DNA of 64,000 nt. It comes from Bacteroidota bacterium. Lineage in GTDB: Bacteria; Bacteroidota; Bacteroidia; Chitinophagales; Saprospiraceae. The stretch is from positions 1,244-65,243 of the forward strand of contig CAUJDW010000044.1 in NCBI GenBank assembly GCA_963169455.1, read 5' to 3'. A program made the translations under genes and the position numbers. The notes beneath the pieces were generated by a model. The model had not been told where the DNA came from. It saw only the letters and a program-made list of their open reading frames with translations, and did no database searches. Below are positions 49,696-59,233 of this stretch, one piece after another (position 1 is the first letter of the stretch; the number at the start of each line of letters is the position of its first letter).

Positions 49696-49719
49696 ATCAA
49701 AAAAAATATTATTTTTGAT
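49696..49719. promoter_or_regulatory. AT-rich palindrome ATCAAAAA-N8-TTTTTGAT overlapping a -7 box (TATTTTTG, 49710-49717) upstream of a TonB-dependent receptor, operator candidate
   Basis: 8-bp perfect arms. The -7 box ends 31 nt before ATG 49749. The motif AAAAAAATATTA is also repeated directly (49700-49711 and 49722-49733). Confidence 0.35.
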
Positions 49720-49748
49720 CTAAAAAAATATTAAAAGCATTGGAAATC

Positions 49749-52025
49749 ATGAAAGCCTATACCCTGTTTCTCTTTTGTTTACTCTCTTTTCCGGCTCTGG
49801 CCCAGCAGGGCAGCCTGCACGGGGTGGTGCACGACGGGCAGTCGCCCGTTCCCTTTGCCAATATCCTTCTGGAAGGAACAGATTCGGGCGCTTATTCCGG
49901 CGAAGACGGCCGGTTCGAGCTTGCCGGCCTGCCGCCGGGCGCTTATCGGGCCGTTGTGAGCGCCATTGGCTACCGGCCGCTGAAGGTGGCGTTTACGGTA
50001 TCCGAAAGAGGTGATTCCCTGAATCTCGGGCGGCTGGAACTCAGAGAGGACGTCATGGGCCTGGAGGAAGTGGTGGTGACGGGCACCCGCACCAGCCGGT
50101 ACCGGAAGGATCTGCCGGTGTCCGTAAACGTCATGACTGCTGAAGCCTTTGATGCTGCGCAGGCTATCTGCCTGGCCGAGGGGCTGAACTACCAGCCGGG
50201 CCTGCGCACCGAAACCGATTGCCAGACCTGCAACTACACCCAGGTGCGTATGAATGGGCTGGGCGGCAGTTATTCGCAGATACTGATCAACAGCCGCCCC
50301 ATTTTCAGCGCGCTCAACGGCCTGTACGGGCTGGAGCAGATACCTGCCAGCATGATCAGCCGGGTGGAGGTGGTGCGCGGCGGCGGGTCGGTTCTTTACG
50401 GGTCCAGCGCCATTGCGGGCACCATCAACATCATCACCCGGGACCCCCGGAAAGACACCTACAGCCTGTCGGCAAACCATGCCCTTATCGGGGAAAGCGC
50501 GCAGGACAACCTGCTCAACTTCAATATTTCCCAGCTCAGCGAAGACAGGGATGCCGGGCTGTCTTTTTTTGCCTCGCGCCGCCAGCGGCAGGAGTTCGAC
50601 GCCAACCACGACGGTTTTTCGGAGCTGCCGCGCCTGCTCAACCACAGTTTCGGGCTGAAGTCCTTTCTGCGGCCCCACGACGAGCTGCGCATGGAGCTCT
50701 CGCTCAACAGCATTACCGAAGAGCGCAACGGCGGCGACCTGCTGGACAATCCCCCGCACCAGCGCACGCAGTCGGAGCAGCGCAGCACCCACATCTTTTC
50801 AGGTGATATAGGGCTGGATTGGACGATCAACGGCCGCTCCAGCCTGATGGCCTATGGCGGCGCCCAGCACACCCGGCGCACCCACTATACCGGCCTGTTC
50901 GGCCAGGACGGCTACGGCAATACCCGCAACCATACCCTGCAGGCCGGGCTTCAGTACAACCACACCCTTTCTGTTTTTCCGGCGGGCTCCAACACTTTCA
51001 CCCTTGGCGCCGAGTTTCAGTTGGATGACGTACTGGATGAGATTCCTGCGTACAACTTCCTGGTAGATCAGAACACGCAGCAGTGGGGCTTTTTCCTGCA
51101 GTCGGATTGGAAGGTGGGGGAGAAGCTCAGCCTGCTTGCCGGAGGGCGGTTGAACGCCCATAACCTGATGGACGGCCTGGTTTTCACCCCTCGTTTCAGC
51201 GCCATGTACGCCATCCTGCCGGATATGAAGCTACGCGCTTCCTATGCCCGGGGCTTTCGGGCGCCTCAGGCTTTCGACACCGACCTGCATATCGCTTTTG
51301 CCGGCGGGGGTGTCGCCACCATTCGGATCGGCCCGGGCCTGAAGCCCGAATTTTCCGACAGTTACAGCGCCTCCCTCGATTTTGACCGGCCGGGCGAACA
51401 CGCCATTTACGGATTCACCCTTTCCGGCTTTCACACCCGCCTGTACGACGCCTTTGTACTGGAAGAGCAGGCCACTGATGCCGATGGCAACCTGCAACTG
51501 GCCAAGCGAAACGGCGGGCATTCCACCGTTGCAGGGCTGACCCTGGAAGGGCGGGCCAACCTGGATAACTGGGTGGAGGCCAGCGCCGGCTTTACCGTTC
51601 AGCGCAGCACCTATGACGAACCCGTGGCCTGGTCGGCCGACATCCCCGGTTCGCGGCGCTACCTGCGCACGCCGGATCAGTACGGTTTTTATTCCCTCAG
51701 TTTCCTGAATGATAAGGACATCAACATTTTCCTCACCGGCGTTTACACGGGCCCCATGCTGGCGCCCCATTTCGGCGGCGCTCCCGGCGTCGATGGCGAC
51801 CGCCTGGAAGTTACGCCTCATTTCTGGGAAACCAACCTCAAGCTGAGTTATACCTTCCGGCCGGCCAGGCTGCAGCAGCCCCTGCAACTTTCCGCCGGCG
51901 TGCAGAACATCTTCGACGCCTACCAGGACGACTTCGACACAGGCCCCAACCGCGACAGCAACTACATCTACGGCCCGGCCCGGCCGAGGACGTATTTTGT
52001 GGGGTTGAAATGGGGAGGTGAATGA
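49749..52025 (+). CDS. TonB-dependent receptor with N-terminal carboxypeptidase-regulatory-like domain
   Basis: CarbopepD_reg-like segment GSLHGVVHDGQSPVPFANILLEGTDSGAYSGEDGRFELAGLPPGAY, then a plug (RVEVVRGGGSVLYGSSAIAGTINI), then a barrel. Confidence 0.85.
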   Translation: MKAYTLFLFCLLSFPALAQQGSLHGVVHDGQSPVPFANILLEGTDSGAYSGEDGRFELAGLPPGAYRAVVSAIGYRPLKVAFTVSERGDSLNLGRLELREDVMGLEEVVVTGTRTSRYRKDLPVSVNVMTAEAFDAAQAICLAEGLNYQPGLRTETDCQTCNYTQVRMNGLGGSYSQILINSRPIFSALNGLYGLEQIPASMISRVEVVRGGGSVLYGSSAIAGTINIITRDPRKDTYSLSANHALIGESAQDNLLNFNISQLSEDRDAGLSFFASRRQRQEFDANHDGFSELPRLLNHSFGLKSFLRPHDELRMELSLNSITEERNGGDLLDNPPHQRTQSEQRSTHIFSGDIGLDWTINGRSSLMAYGGAQHTRRTHYTGLFGQDGYGNTRNHTLQAGLQYNHTLSVFPAGSNTFTLGAEFQLDDVLDEIPAYNFLVDQNTQQWGFFLQSDWKVGEKLSLLAGGRLNAHNLMDGLVFTPRFSAMYAILPDMKLRASYARGFRAPQAFDTDLHIAFAGGGVATIRIGPGLKPEFSDSYSASLDFDRPGEHAIYGFTLSGFHTRLYDAFVLEEQATDADGNLQLAKRNGGHSTVAGLTLEGRANLDNWVEASAGFTVQRSTYDEPVAWSADIPGSRRYLRTPDQYGFYSLSFLNDKDINIFLTGVYTGPMLAPHFGGAPGVDGDRLEVTPHFWETNLKLSYTFRPARLQQPLQLSAGVQNIFDAYQDDFDTGPNRDSNYIYGPARPRTYFVGLKWGGE

Positions 52026-52096
52026 AGGGTGGCAGCGCTCCAAACCTTTCCGGCTCTTTCCTGTTCCACCCTTGTCCATACTAACCCACAGCATTC

Positions 52097-53407
52097 ATGA
52101 AACGAGCGCTTTTCTGGTTCCGAAACGACTTGCGGCTGAGCGACAATGGGGCTCTGCGGGCTGCATTAGCCGCTTTTGACGAGATCGTCCCGGTTTACAT
52201 CCTGGACGAGCGATACCTGGAACGCGATCGCTGGGGTTTTCGGCGCACCGGGCCGCACCGCATGCAGTTTTTGCTGGAGAGCCTGGAAGATTTGCACAAA
52301 CACCTGCAGGAACTGGGGGGAGGGTTGATGTTCCGAAAGGGCCTGCCGGAGCGGGAACTCCCGGCTATTGCAGAAGAATCTGGATGTACGGCCATTTATG
52401 CTTCCAGGGAATATACCCACGAAGAGTTGAAAGTGGAGGAAGCGCTGAAGAAAGCCCTGCCCATTCATTTGTTCCATACGGCAACCCTCTATGAGCCGGA
52501 GGAATTACCCTTTGCCATCAGCCAGTTGCCTGAAGTCTTCACGGCCTTTCGCAAGCGGGTGGAGGGCTATGCCAGTACGCCGAAGCCATTGGAAGCGCCT
52601 GAGCATGTATCTGTGCCAGTGCTGCCGCCTATGAACCTGCCAACTTTGGCGGCTCTGGGATATGCCAGCCCCCCGGCTGACGGCCGGGCCGCTTTGCCTT
52701 TTCGGGGCGGCGCGCAGGCAGCTTATGAGCGGCTTGTCCACTACTTTTGGAACACGCAGTCGCTTTCCCGTTACAAGGAAACCCGCAATGGCCTGATCGG
52801 GGCGGATTATTCTTCCAAGCTCTCCCCCTGGCTGGCCAATGGCAGTATTTCCGCCCGTGCGATCTACCATGAGGTGGAGCAGTATGAGGCGGAGATAGGA
52901 GCCAACGACTCCACATACTGGCTGAAATTTGAGCTGCTCTGGCGGGAGTATTTCAAATTCGTCGCAATGAAACACGGGCGGCGCATCTTTTCCCCCGGAG
53001 GCATACAGGGCAAAAAAGTGGTGTGGAAAGATGACCCCCAACTTTTCCGCCAATGGGCATGCGGCAGCACCGGCGACCGCTTTGTTGACGCCAATATGCG
53101 GGAGTTGCTGTACACCGGCTTCATGAGCAACCGCGGGCGCCAGAACGTGGCGTCTTACTTCGTGCATCAGCTCAGACAGGATTGGCGCAAGGGCGCCGCC
53201 TGGTTCGAATCCCTGCTGCTCGATTACGATGTGGCCAGCAATTACGGCAACTGGATGTATGCTGCCGGGCTGGGCAACGACCCCAGGGACAGGGTGTTCA
53301 ATACAGGCAGGCAGGCTTCCATGTACGACCCTGACGGCGCCTACCGCAACCTCTGGCTGGAGGAAAAGGGGCAGGGCCCCGGGGCTTTTCTGGAACAGTT
53401 TCTCTGA
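52097..53407 (+). CDS. DASH-family cryptochrome / photolyase
   Basis: LFWFRNDLRLSDN, SKLSPWLANGSIS, FELLWREYF, and TGFMSNRGRQNVASY...DYDVASNYGNWMY. Confidence 0.9.
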   Translation: MKRALFWFRNDLRLSDNGALRAALAAFDEIVPVYILDERYLERDRWGFRRTGPHRMQFLLESLEDLHKHLQELGGGLMFRKGLPERELPAIAEESGCTAIYASREYTHEELKVEEALKKALPIHLFHTATLYEPEELPFAISQLPEVFTAFRKRVEGYASTPKPLEAPEHVSVPVLPPMNLPTLAALGYASPPADGRAALPFRGGAQAAYERLVHYFWNTQSLSRYKETRNGLIGADYSSKLSPWLANGSISARAIYHEVEQYEAEIGANDSTYWLKFELLWREYFKFVAMKHGRRIFSPGGIQGKKVVWKDDPQLFRQWACGSTGDRFVDANMRELLYTGFMSNRGRQNVASYFVHQLRQDWRKGAAWFESLLLDYDVASNYGNWMYAAGLGNDPRDRVFNTGRQASMYDPDGAYRNLWLEEKGQGPGAFLEQFL

Positions 53408-53566
53408 AGGATGGAAGAAGGGCGGGGAATAATAAGGGATGGCAGAGGATGTACCGGCGCGCTCCGTGGCTGCCTTTTTCCCCGGGCCAAAAGCCCGTCG
53501 CGCACTAAACATCACCCCCTGTTTTCCTGTTATATTAAAGAATTTTAACTAAAAAAAAGACCAATT

Positions 53567-54076
53567 ATGAGTATCGCAACCGACTATCTGACTACAGACA
53601 AAGTGGATGTCAATATCGGGATTCAGCGGGATCGCCTCGCCCTTGTCACCGGCATTCTTCAGAATCTTCTCGCCGATGAGCACGTATTATATATCAAACT
53701 GCGCAACTACCACTGGAACGTTGCGGGCATGAACTTTCAGCCCCTTCATGCCTTCTTTGCCGAACAGTACACGGCCGTTTCCACATTCATCGATGACATT
53801 GCGGAGCGCATCCGCAGCCTGGGCGCTTTTGCGCCGGGGTCAATGGAAGCCTTTCAGGAGCTCACCCGGCTCGAGGAATCCGGCCATTTGAACGGCAATG
53901 CCCGCCAGATGCTGGAAAACATTCTGCACGACCACGAATCCATCATTCGCGCGCTGCGGCACGACCAGGAACTGGTGGGAGAAAAAGGCAGAGACGCCGG
54001 CACCCAGGATTTCCTCATCGGGCTGATGGAAGCCCATGAGAAATTTGCCTGGATGGTGCGTGCCCATTTGGGCTAA
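53567..54076 (+). CDS. dps: Dps-family DNA-protection/ferritin-like protein
   Basis: LLADEHVLYIKLRNYHWNVAGMNFQPLHAFF...IDDIAERI matches the Dps ferroxidase-site pattern. Confidence 0.9.
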   Translation: MSIATDYLTTDKVDVNIGIQRDRLALVTGILQNLLADEHVLYIKLRNYHWNVAGMNFQPLHAFFAEQYTAVSTFIDDIAERIRSLGAFAPGSMEAFQELTRLEESGHLNGNARQMLENILHDHESIIRALRHDQELVGEKGRDAGTQDFLIGLMEAHEKFAWMVRAHLG

Positions 54077-54096
54077 GCCAAGGAAATTATCATGAA

Positions 54097-54130
54097 AGGC
54101 CCCTGGCGTTTTGAAAAATGCCAGGGGCCT
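54097..54130 (+). terminator. Terminator hairpin after dps
   Basis: AGGCCCCTGGC-12 nt-GCCAGGGGCCT with a weak T-tract (TGTGTT). Confidence 0.5.
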
Positions 54131-54149
54131 TGTGTTCCCCGAAAAAGGT

Positions 54150-54187
54150 AAAAAAGAACCAGGCTCCTGTACATTTCAGGAGCCTGG
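54150..54187 (-). terminator. Terminator hairpin after tonB (minus strand)
   Basis: CCAGGCTCCTG-7 nt-CAGGAGCCTGG, preceded on the plus strand by AAAAAAG, which gives a U-tract on the minus strand. Confidence 0.55.
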
Positions 54188-54270
54188 CCTCTGCCCGTTT
54201 AGCTGGCCTGTTCAGCGCAGGGTAAGCGGGCGTGTTGTCCTAGTGCTGTCGGCACCAGGGGTTTATTTGT

Positions 54271-55212
54271 TTAGTTTACTTCCAGTTTGAACTTCACCGG
54301 CAGGTTGAAGAGCACCTTAACGGGGCGCCCCCTTTGCTTGCCAGGAATCCACCTTTGCGGCAGGCCGTTCATCATGTTGACCACGCGGAGTGCTTCAGCG
54401 CCGCAGCCGCCGCCGATGTCGCGCACCACCTGTGCATCCTGGATGTTGCCTTCGCGGTCGACCACGAAGCTGACCACTACGGTGCCTTCGATGCCGTTGT
54501 CGCGGGCCACTGCCGGGTAGCGGATGTTTTCGTAGATGAACTCCAGCATCTTTTTGTTGGAGCACATTCGCTTCTCTTCGACGGAAGCAGTCATGTCTTC
54601 ACAACCCGGGAAGCGGGGCATTTCTTCCACCACTTTGAAGATCTCCTCGACATCTTCTTTGGGAGGAGGGGGAGGAGGAGGAGGGGGAGGCGCTGCCGTC
54701 ACTTTCTTGGTCTCGTGGTAAACCGGCGCTTCGATGTAGGTATTGGCGTCGACGGACTGGTCGACGAATTCAACTTCTTCCTCATTGATCAACTCCACAT
54801 CTGCAACGGCCTCGAAAGAAGGCGGGGGCGGGGGAGGAGGAGGAGGAGGAGGTTCGGCGCTGCGCGGCACTTCGATCTCAACGTCGTGGTCCAGCGTCAA
54901 TGCATCATCCGGAATGTAAACTTCTTTTTCGTAAACTGTCCAGTTGAAAGCGCCGATCATGAGCGCCAATGCGATGACGAGGCTGAGGCGCCAGAACAGT
55001 TTGGAATAGAGGAATACGTTTACTTCCGGGTACTTGTTACGGGCTTCCAGCGGCGAGCCCGGGTGCTTCTCTCTGTATTTTTCAGTGAGGCCGGCGCCCG
55101 CTTTTTTGCTGAAATAAGACCGCCCTGCGAAAATGAGGATCAAAACTAAAACAACCATGATCCCCACGCCTGTAAGTAATGCGGTGCCTGATATTGCAAA
55201 ATTAGGGTTCAT
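54271..55212 (-). CDS. Energy transducer TonB with two poly-proline spacers
   Basis: N-terminal TM, two PPPPPPPPPPP runs, and a C-terminal TonB domain (YPAVARDNGIEGTVVVSFVVDREGNI...G.PVKV). Confidence 0.85.
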   Translation of the reverse strand: MNPNFAISGTALLTGVGIMVVLVLILIFAGRSYFSKKAGAGLTEKYREKHPGSPLEARNKYPEVNVFLYSKLFWRLSLVIALALMIGAFNWTVYEKEVYIPDDALTLDHDVEIEVPRSAEPPPPPPPPPPPSFEAVADVELINEEEVEFVDQSVDANTYIEAPVYHETKKVTAAPPPPPPPPPPKEDVEEIFKVVEEMPRFPGCEDMTASVEEKRMCSNKKMLEFIYENIRYPAVARDNGIEGTVVVSFVVDREGNIQDAQVVRDIGGGCGAEALRVVNMMNGLPQRWIPGKQRGRPVKVLFNLPVKFKLEVN

Positions 55213-55336
55213 GAGTGAGGATTTTGTACCCGTGGGCGTTATTGAATTTTTTTCTCACTATCAAAAATGGGGACAAGCAAGGGGAATCCAAATGACATTA
55301 GGCACCTTCAAAAAATGACTTTTATCAATAGAGGGG

Positions 55337-58201
55337 TTATCGCCAGGTGGAGCGTCGTTCCGCAGCGGGGCCACCCAGTGATTGTGCCCGGGCCCGGAGC
55401 AGCAGCCGGCGGCCTTCGAAGGTTCGGGTATAGTGCAGGCGATGTTGGGCTGGCTGTTTTTCCCATTGTTCCAGGAAAATTTCGGCATCGGAACGCCGTT
55501 GTCCAAAAACGGATGGTACGGCGTAGAATTGGATAAACCGCTGGCCTTCATCCGGCTCGTATTCTATAGCCAGCAGATAGCGGGGATTATCCACGGGGTT
55601 GAAGAATTCCTCAAGTGCCTGGAGGAAAAGCCGCTCCTCCAGCAGGCTGGCGCCGGAGAGGTAACAGCCGGGCAGGCCGTTTTCCTCCTCTATCATTTTT
55701 ACCTGCACTTGCCGGGGCGGGCTGGCAAGCAGGTTGAGATGTTCCATGCTTTTGAGGATTGCCCGCCCTGCCGCTTCCAGGAACCTGCCGGAATTGGCCA
55801 GGCTGCCGGAATATCGCCAGGTTTGGAACGCTCTGGTGTTACCCCCCAAAGCATACCAGAAGCAGAACAGCAGGCCCGCCGAGCAAAGGTACAGCAGAAC
55901 AGCGCCCACCCCCGGCCCTATGCCGAAGCCCAGAGCAATAAGTAATATCAGGAACGAATAGCCGATCCATTGCCGGCGGAAGCGCCCATTCCCATCCAGT
56001 TGCCTGGCCATCTCCAGCAGGCTGAGGGGGCTGCCCAGGCGTATCCATCCTAAGAGGGCAAGCACTGCGCCAATGGCGCCTCCGCTGGCGAGGATCATTC
56101 CAAGGGGTAAGGCTTGGAAAAAAAATATCGTCAGTCCGGATAAAGCAACGGCCAGAAAGGGAAGCAATCCATAAAACCGGAAGAAACCGGAGAGCTGTTG
56201 CCTGCCCAGGCGGGCAGCTCCCGTTTGGAAGGCTCGTACCGTGCGTTGGTAACGCGGGCTATGGGCCACCGGCAGGGTGATCTCCTCCGCCATTTGCACG
56301 CCATTACTGATAGCTACATGCCACTCCCGCTTTAACCTTTGCCGGTTGCGGGCATACACAGCCATCCGATCGTTGAGTTGCCCGGCCAGTACGGGTTCAT
56401 ACGGGAAATCCGGTAAATGAAAACGCCCCACGCCGTTCTCAACCGTTGGGTTGGGTTCGAATGACGGGCCGGTGAAAGAGCGGAAGCGCCGCCGCAGGTT
56501 CAGCCAGTCCTGCCCGCCCTGAGGATGGTAGTTGTCGATGCAGGCCAGGTGCCAGATGTTGGCTGTTTTATCGGCCTGCCCTGGTTGTATCCGGATCGCC
56601 CTGCCCCGAATCTGGTTGGATAGTACAAAAGACCCTACCACTGTAGCCAGCACCAGCGTATTGATAGAGGGCGCATCCCAGCCTTCCCCCAATAATGCGG
56701 TGGTGCCGATCAGGACGCTTAGCTCGCCCCGGGAAAATAAGGCTGTAACCAGCCCGGTAAGCAAGCTGTCAACTGTCCCATGGGCTTCCACCAGAAAGTA
56801 GTTTTCGTCGTGAGGCAGGGGGCGCATGCGGATAGCGTTTCCAGGTAATCCACTTTGTTCCAGAAGTGCGGCAAGGCCAGCCTTTGCCGTACGAGGGAGG
56901 ATGACCAGGGAGCCGGTCAGCACGCCCAGCTCCAATTCGATGGGGAAGGTGCGCCGCAGCAGCTCAAAAATGGGGATCGCGCCGATCTTTTTGATGGGTG
57001 GCGGCTCTAATTTGCTTTTGGGCAGGGCTTCCGGCCGGATATTATCTGTGAGGATGGCCATTCGCAATTGATCGCGCATAGCCTCGTACTCCAATCGAAC
57101 GATAGCCTCAATGGCGTCCAGCTTGCTGAGGCTGTTGCGCACCGTGCGGCTCAGGCGTGGTGGTTCCAGCAAATAGGCGCGCTTTTGTTCAATAGCGCCG
57201 GCCCGGCGCAGTTGCCGCTCCAGTTGCTGCATCCACTCTTCTTGCTGCAAGGCCTGAAAATAATCATCCCGAAACAAGGCTTCATTGAGGAAGTATTCCA
57301 GCCACTCCATCGTCATGCCCGGGATTACGGAGTCATCCGCGCCGATAATGCCAATGGCAGTGGCGGGGGCTACGCCACCGATACCTTCCAGAACGATGAG
57401 CAGAGCTGAAAAATAAGCGGGATTTTCATAAATCGCTTCAAGATGGGCTTCCGGCTCCCGGAGCCAGGGATGTTGTTTGACCGCTTCCCGCAACTCAAAC
57501 CGATGCGGCAGCATTTCCAGGAAATCATCGATCTGCCGGCGGAAAGCCTGTAAAGTTGACCGCTCGGCCTCTTCCGGCAGCGTGAACCAGATATAGTCCT
57601 GATGGGGGCAAAGGTTCTGGGCTGCAATCAATTCCGGAACGCTGATCTCTTCGTCGATAGGGCCGCAGAGTTCGGTATAGCGCTGCCATTCGAAGGCTGA
57701 TACGTCATAGGGTGGCGTAGCGGTGAGCGCCACCAATTGCGGTTCCAGCGTTTTGGTAAGTTGAATGAGGCTGCCCCACCAGGCCTTCTGCAGATGATGG
57801 CATTCGTCGGCCACTAAGGTTCTGACGCCCTGGGCAAGCAGGTTTTTCAACAACCCCTCGCCTTTCCGGACAGCGCTGTGCAGCGCCTGATAGGTTGAGA
57901 TGGTCACTTTACCCGGGGCTGAAAGGTTGAAGGATAACCATTCGGGCTGTTCCCCTGCCAGGAAATCCTGGACCAGCCGTTCGCCCCACTGCTCCCGAAC
58001 GGCCAGGGTAGGGCAAAGAACGAGCATCGGCTTTCCAATGAGCCGCGCCAGCTCCAGCCCCAGTACCGTCTTACCCGAACCCGGTGGCGCCACGATGTGC
58101 AGCCGCCCGTCTCTGAGATGTTGCTGCGCGCGTTGCAGCACTCTCTCCTGATAAGGCCGCCAGGAATGCCGGAAGTGCATGTTGTCCGAGAAGTTCGGCA
58201 T
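55337..58201 (-). CDS. SF2 (DEAH, res-subunit-like) helicase with a multi-pass membrane segment and a conserved-looking C-terminal domain
   Basis: Walker A APPGSGKT, motif II ADECHH, motif III LTATPPYD, helicase-C GTTALLGEGWDAPSINTLV...QIRGRAIR. About 4 hydrophobic helices are encoded at roughly 55850-56200 (FFRFYGLLPFLAVALSGLTIFFF, LPLGMILASGGAIGAVLALLGWI, YSFLILLIALGFGIGPGVGAVLLYL, AGLLFCFWYAL). Confidence 0.85.
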   Translation of the reverse strand: MPNFSDNMHFRHSWRPYQERVLQRAQQHLRDGRLHIVAPPGSGKTVLGLELARLIGKPMLVLCPTLAVREQWGERLVQDFLAGEQPEWLSFNLSAPGKVTISTYQALHSAVRKGEGLLKNLLAQGVRTLVADECHHLQKAWWGSLIQLTKTLEPQLVALTATPPYDVSAFEWQRYTELCGPIDEEISVPELIAAQNLCPHQDYIWFTLPEEAERSTLQAFRRQIDDFLEMLPHRFELREAVKQHPWLREPEAHLEAIYENPAYFSALLIVLEGIGGVAPATAIGIIGADDSVIPGMTMEWLEYFLNEALFRDDYFQALQQEEWMQQLERQLRRAGAIEQKRAYLLEPPRLSRTVRNSLSKLDAIEAIVRLEYEAMRDQLRMAILTDNIRPEALPKSKLEPPPIKKIGAIPIFELLRRTFPIELELGVLTGSLVILPRTAKAGLAALLEQSGLPGNAIRMRPLPHDENYFLVEAHGTVDSLLTGLVTALFSRGELSVLIGTTALLGEGWDAPSINTLVLATVVGSFVLSNQIRGRAIRIQPGQADKTANIWHLACIDNYHPQGGQDWLNLRRRFRSFTGPSFEPNPTVENGVGRFHLPDFPYEPVLAGQLNDRMAVYARNRQRLKREWHVAISNGVQMAEEITLPVAHSPRYQRTVRAFQTGAARLGRQQLSGFFRFYGLLPFLAVALSGLTIFFFQALPLGMILASGGAIGAVLALLGWIRLGSPLSLLEMARQLDGNGRFRRQWIGYSFLILLIALGFGIGPGVGAVLLYLCSAGLLFCFWYALGGNTRAFQTWRYSGSLANSGRFLEAAGRAILKSMEHLNLLASPPRQVQVKMIEEENGLPGCYLSGASLLEERLFLQALEEFFNPVDNPRYLLAIEYEPDEGQRFIQFYAVPSVFGQRRSDAEIFLEQWEKQPAQHRLHYTRTFEGRRLLLRARAQSLGGPAAERRSTWR

Positions 58202-58291
58202 ATGGGGTTTGGCATATTAGGTTTAAAGATACGCTACTTTATTTATTTTTGTTCAGGCTAATAATCGGCAACTGACAACCAGTAACCACCC

Positions 58292-59230
58292 ATGCCCAAC
58301 ACATCGACCCTCACCCACCTGATCAAGCAGGAAGCCTGCCGCCTCGGCTTCAGCTTCGTGGGCATGGCCAAGGCCGAAATGATGGATGAGGAAGCCCGCA
58401 GGCTCGAGGCCTGGCTCAATCGGGGGCTGCACGGGCAGATGAGCTATATGGCCAACCACTTCGATAAGCGCACCGACCCCCGCAACCTCGTGCCCGGCGC
58501 CAAATCGGTCATCAGCCTGATGTACAATTATTATACAGATAAGGAACAGGAGGACCCGGAAGCACCGAAAATCTCCAGATATGCCTATGGGGAGGACTAC
58601 CACTTCGCCATCAAGCGCAAGCTGAAGGATCTGTTGTATTTCATTCAGGAAAATGCAGGGGAGGTGTACGGCCGCGTATTTGTCGATTCTGCCCCGGTGC
58701 TGGAGCGCGACTGGGCGCGCCGCAGCGGCATCGGCTGGGTGGGCAAGAACACCATGCTGATCCACCCCCGCGCCGGCTCCTACTTTTTTCTGGCCGAGAT
58801 CATCCTGGACCTGGAACTGGAATATGACGGCCCGGTCAAAGATTACTGCGGAACCTGCCGCCGCTGCATCGACGCCTGCCCCACGGACGCCATCGCCCCG
58901 GAAGGCTACCTCCTGGATGGCAGCAAATGCATTTCCTATTTCACCATTGAATTAAAGGAGGCTATCCCCGAGGAGTACCGCGGCCAGTTCGGGAACTGGA
59001 TGTTCGGCTGCGATATCTGCCAGGAGGTGTGCCCCTGGAACCGCTTTTCCAAACCCCACGATGAACCTGCTTTTGAACCCAAAGCAGCATTGCTGGAGAT
59101 GCGCCGCAGCGATTGGGAGGAGATAACCGAAGAAGTGTTCCGGGAGTTATTCCGGCATTCGGCGGTGAAGCGGGCGAAGTACGAGGGGCTGAAGCGGAAT
59201 ATTGCCTTTTTGAAAAAAGCCGAAAAGTAA
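58292..59230 (+). CDS. queG: tRNA epoxyqueuosine(34) reductase
   Basis: Two 4Fe-4S motifs ([15 protein letters not shown] and [11 protein letters not shown]) and the QueG layout. Confidence 0.9.
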   Translation: MPNTSTLTHLIKQEACRLGFSFVGMAKAEMMDEEARRLEAWLNRGLHGQMSYMANHFDKRTDPRNLVPGAKSVISLMYNYYTDKEQEDPEAPKISRYAYGEDYHFAIKRKLKDLLYFIQENAGEVYGRVFVDSAPVLERDWARRSGIGWVGKNTMLIHPRAGSYFFLAEIILDLELEYDGPVKDYCGTCRRCIDACPTDAIAPEGYLLDGSKCISYFTIELKEAIPEEYRGQFGNWMFGCDICQEVCPWNRFSKPHDEPAFEPKAALLEMRRSDWEEITEEVFRELFRHSAVKRAKYEGLKRNIAFLKKAEK

Positions 59231-59233
59231 ACC

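Noticed and set aside
54650-54850. GGAGG-rich purine tracts that look like a simple-sequence repeat or an array of ribosome-binding sites.
   Set aside because: They are the complement of the two poly-proline (CCN) runs of TonB on the minus strand.
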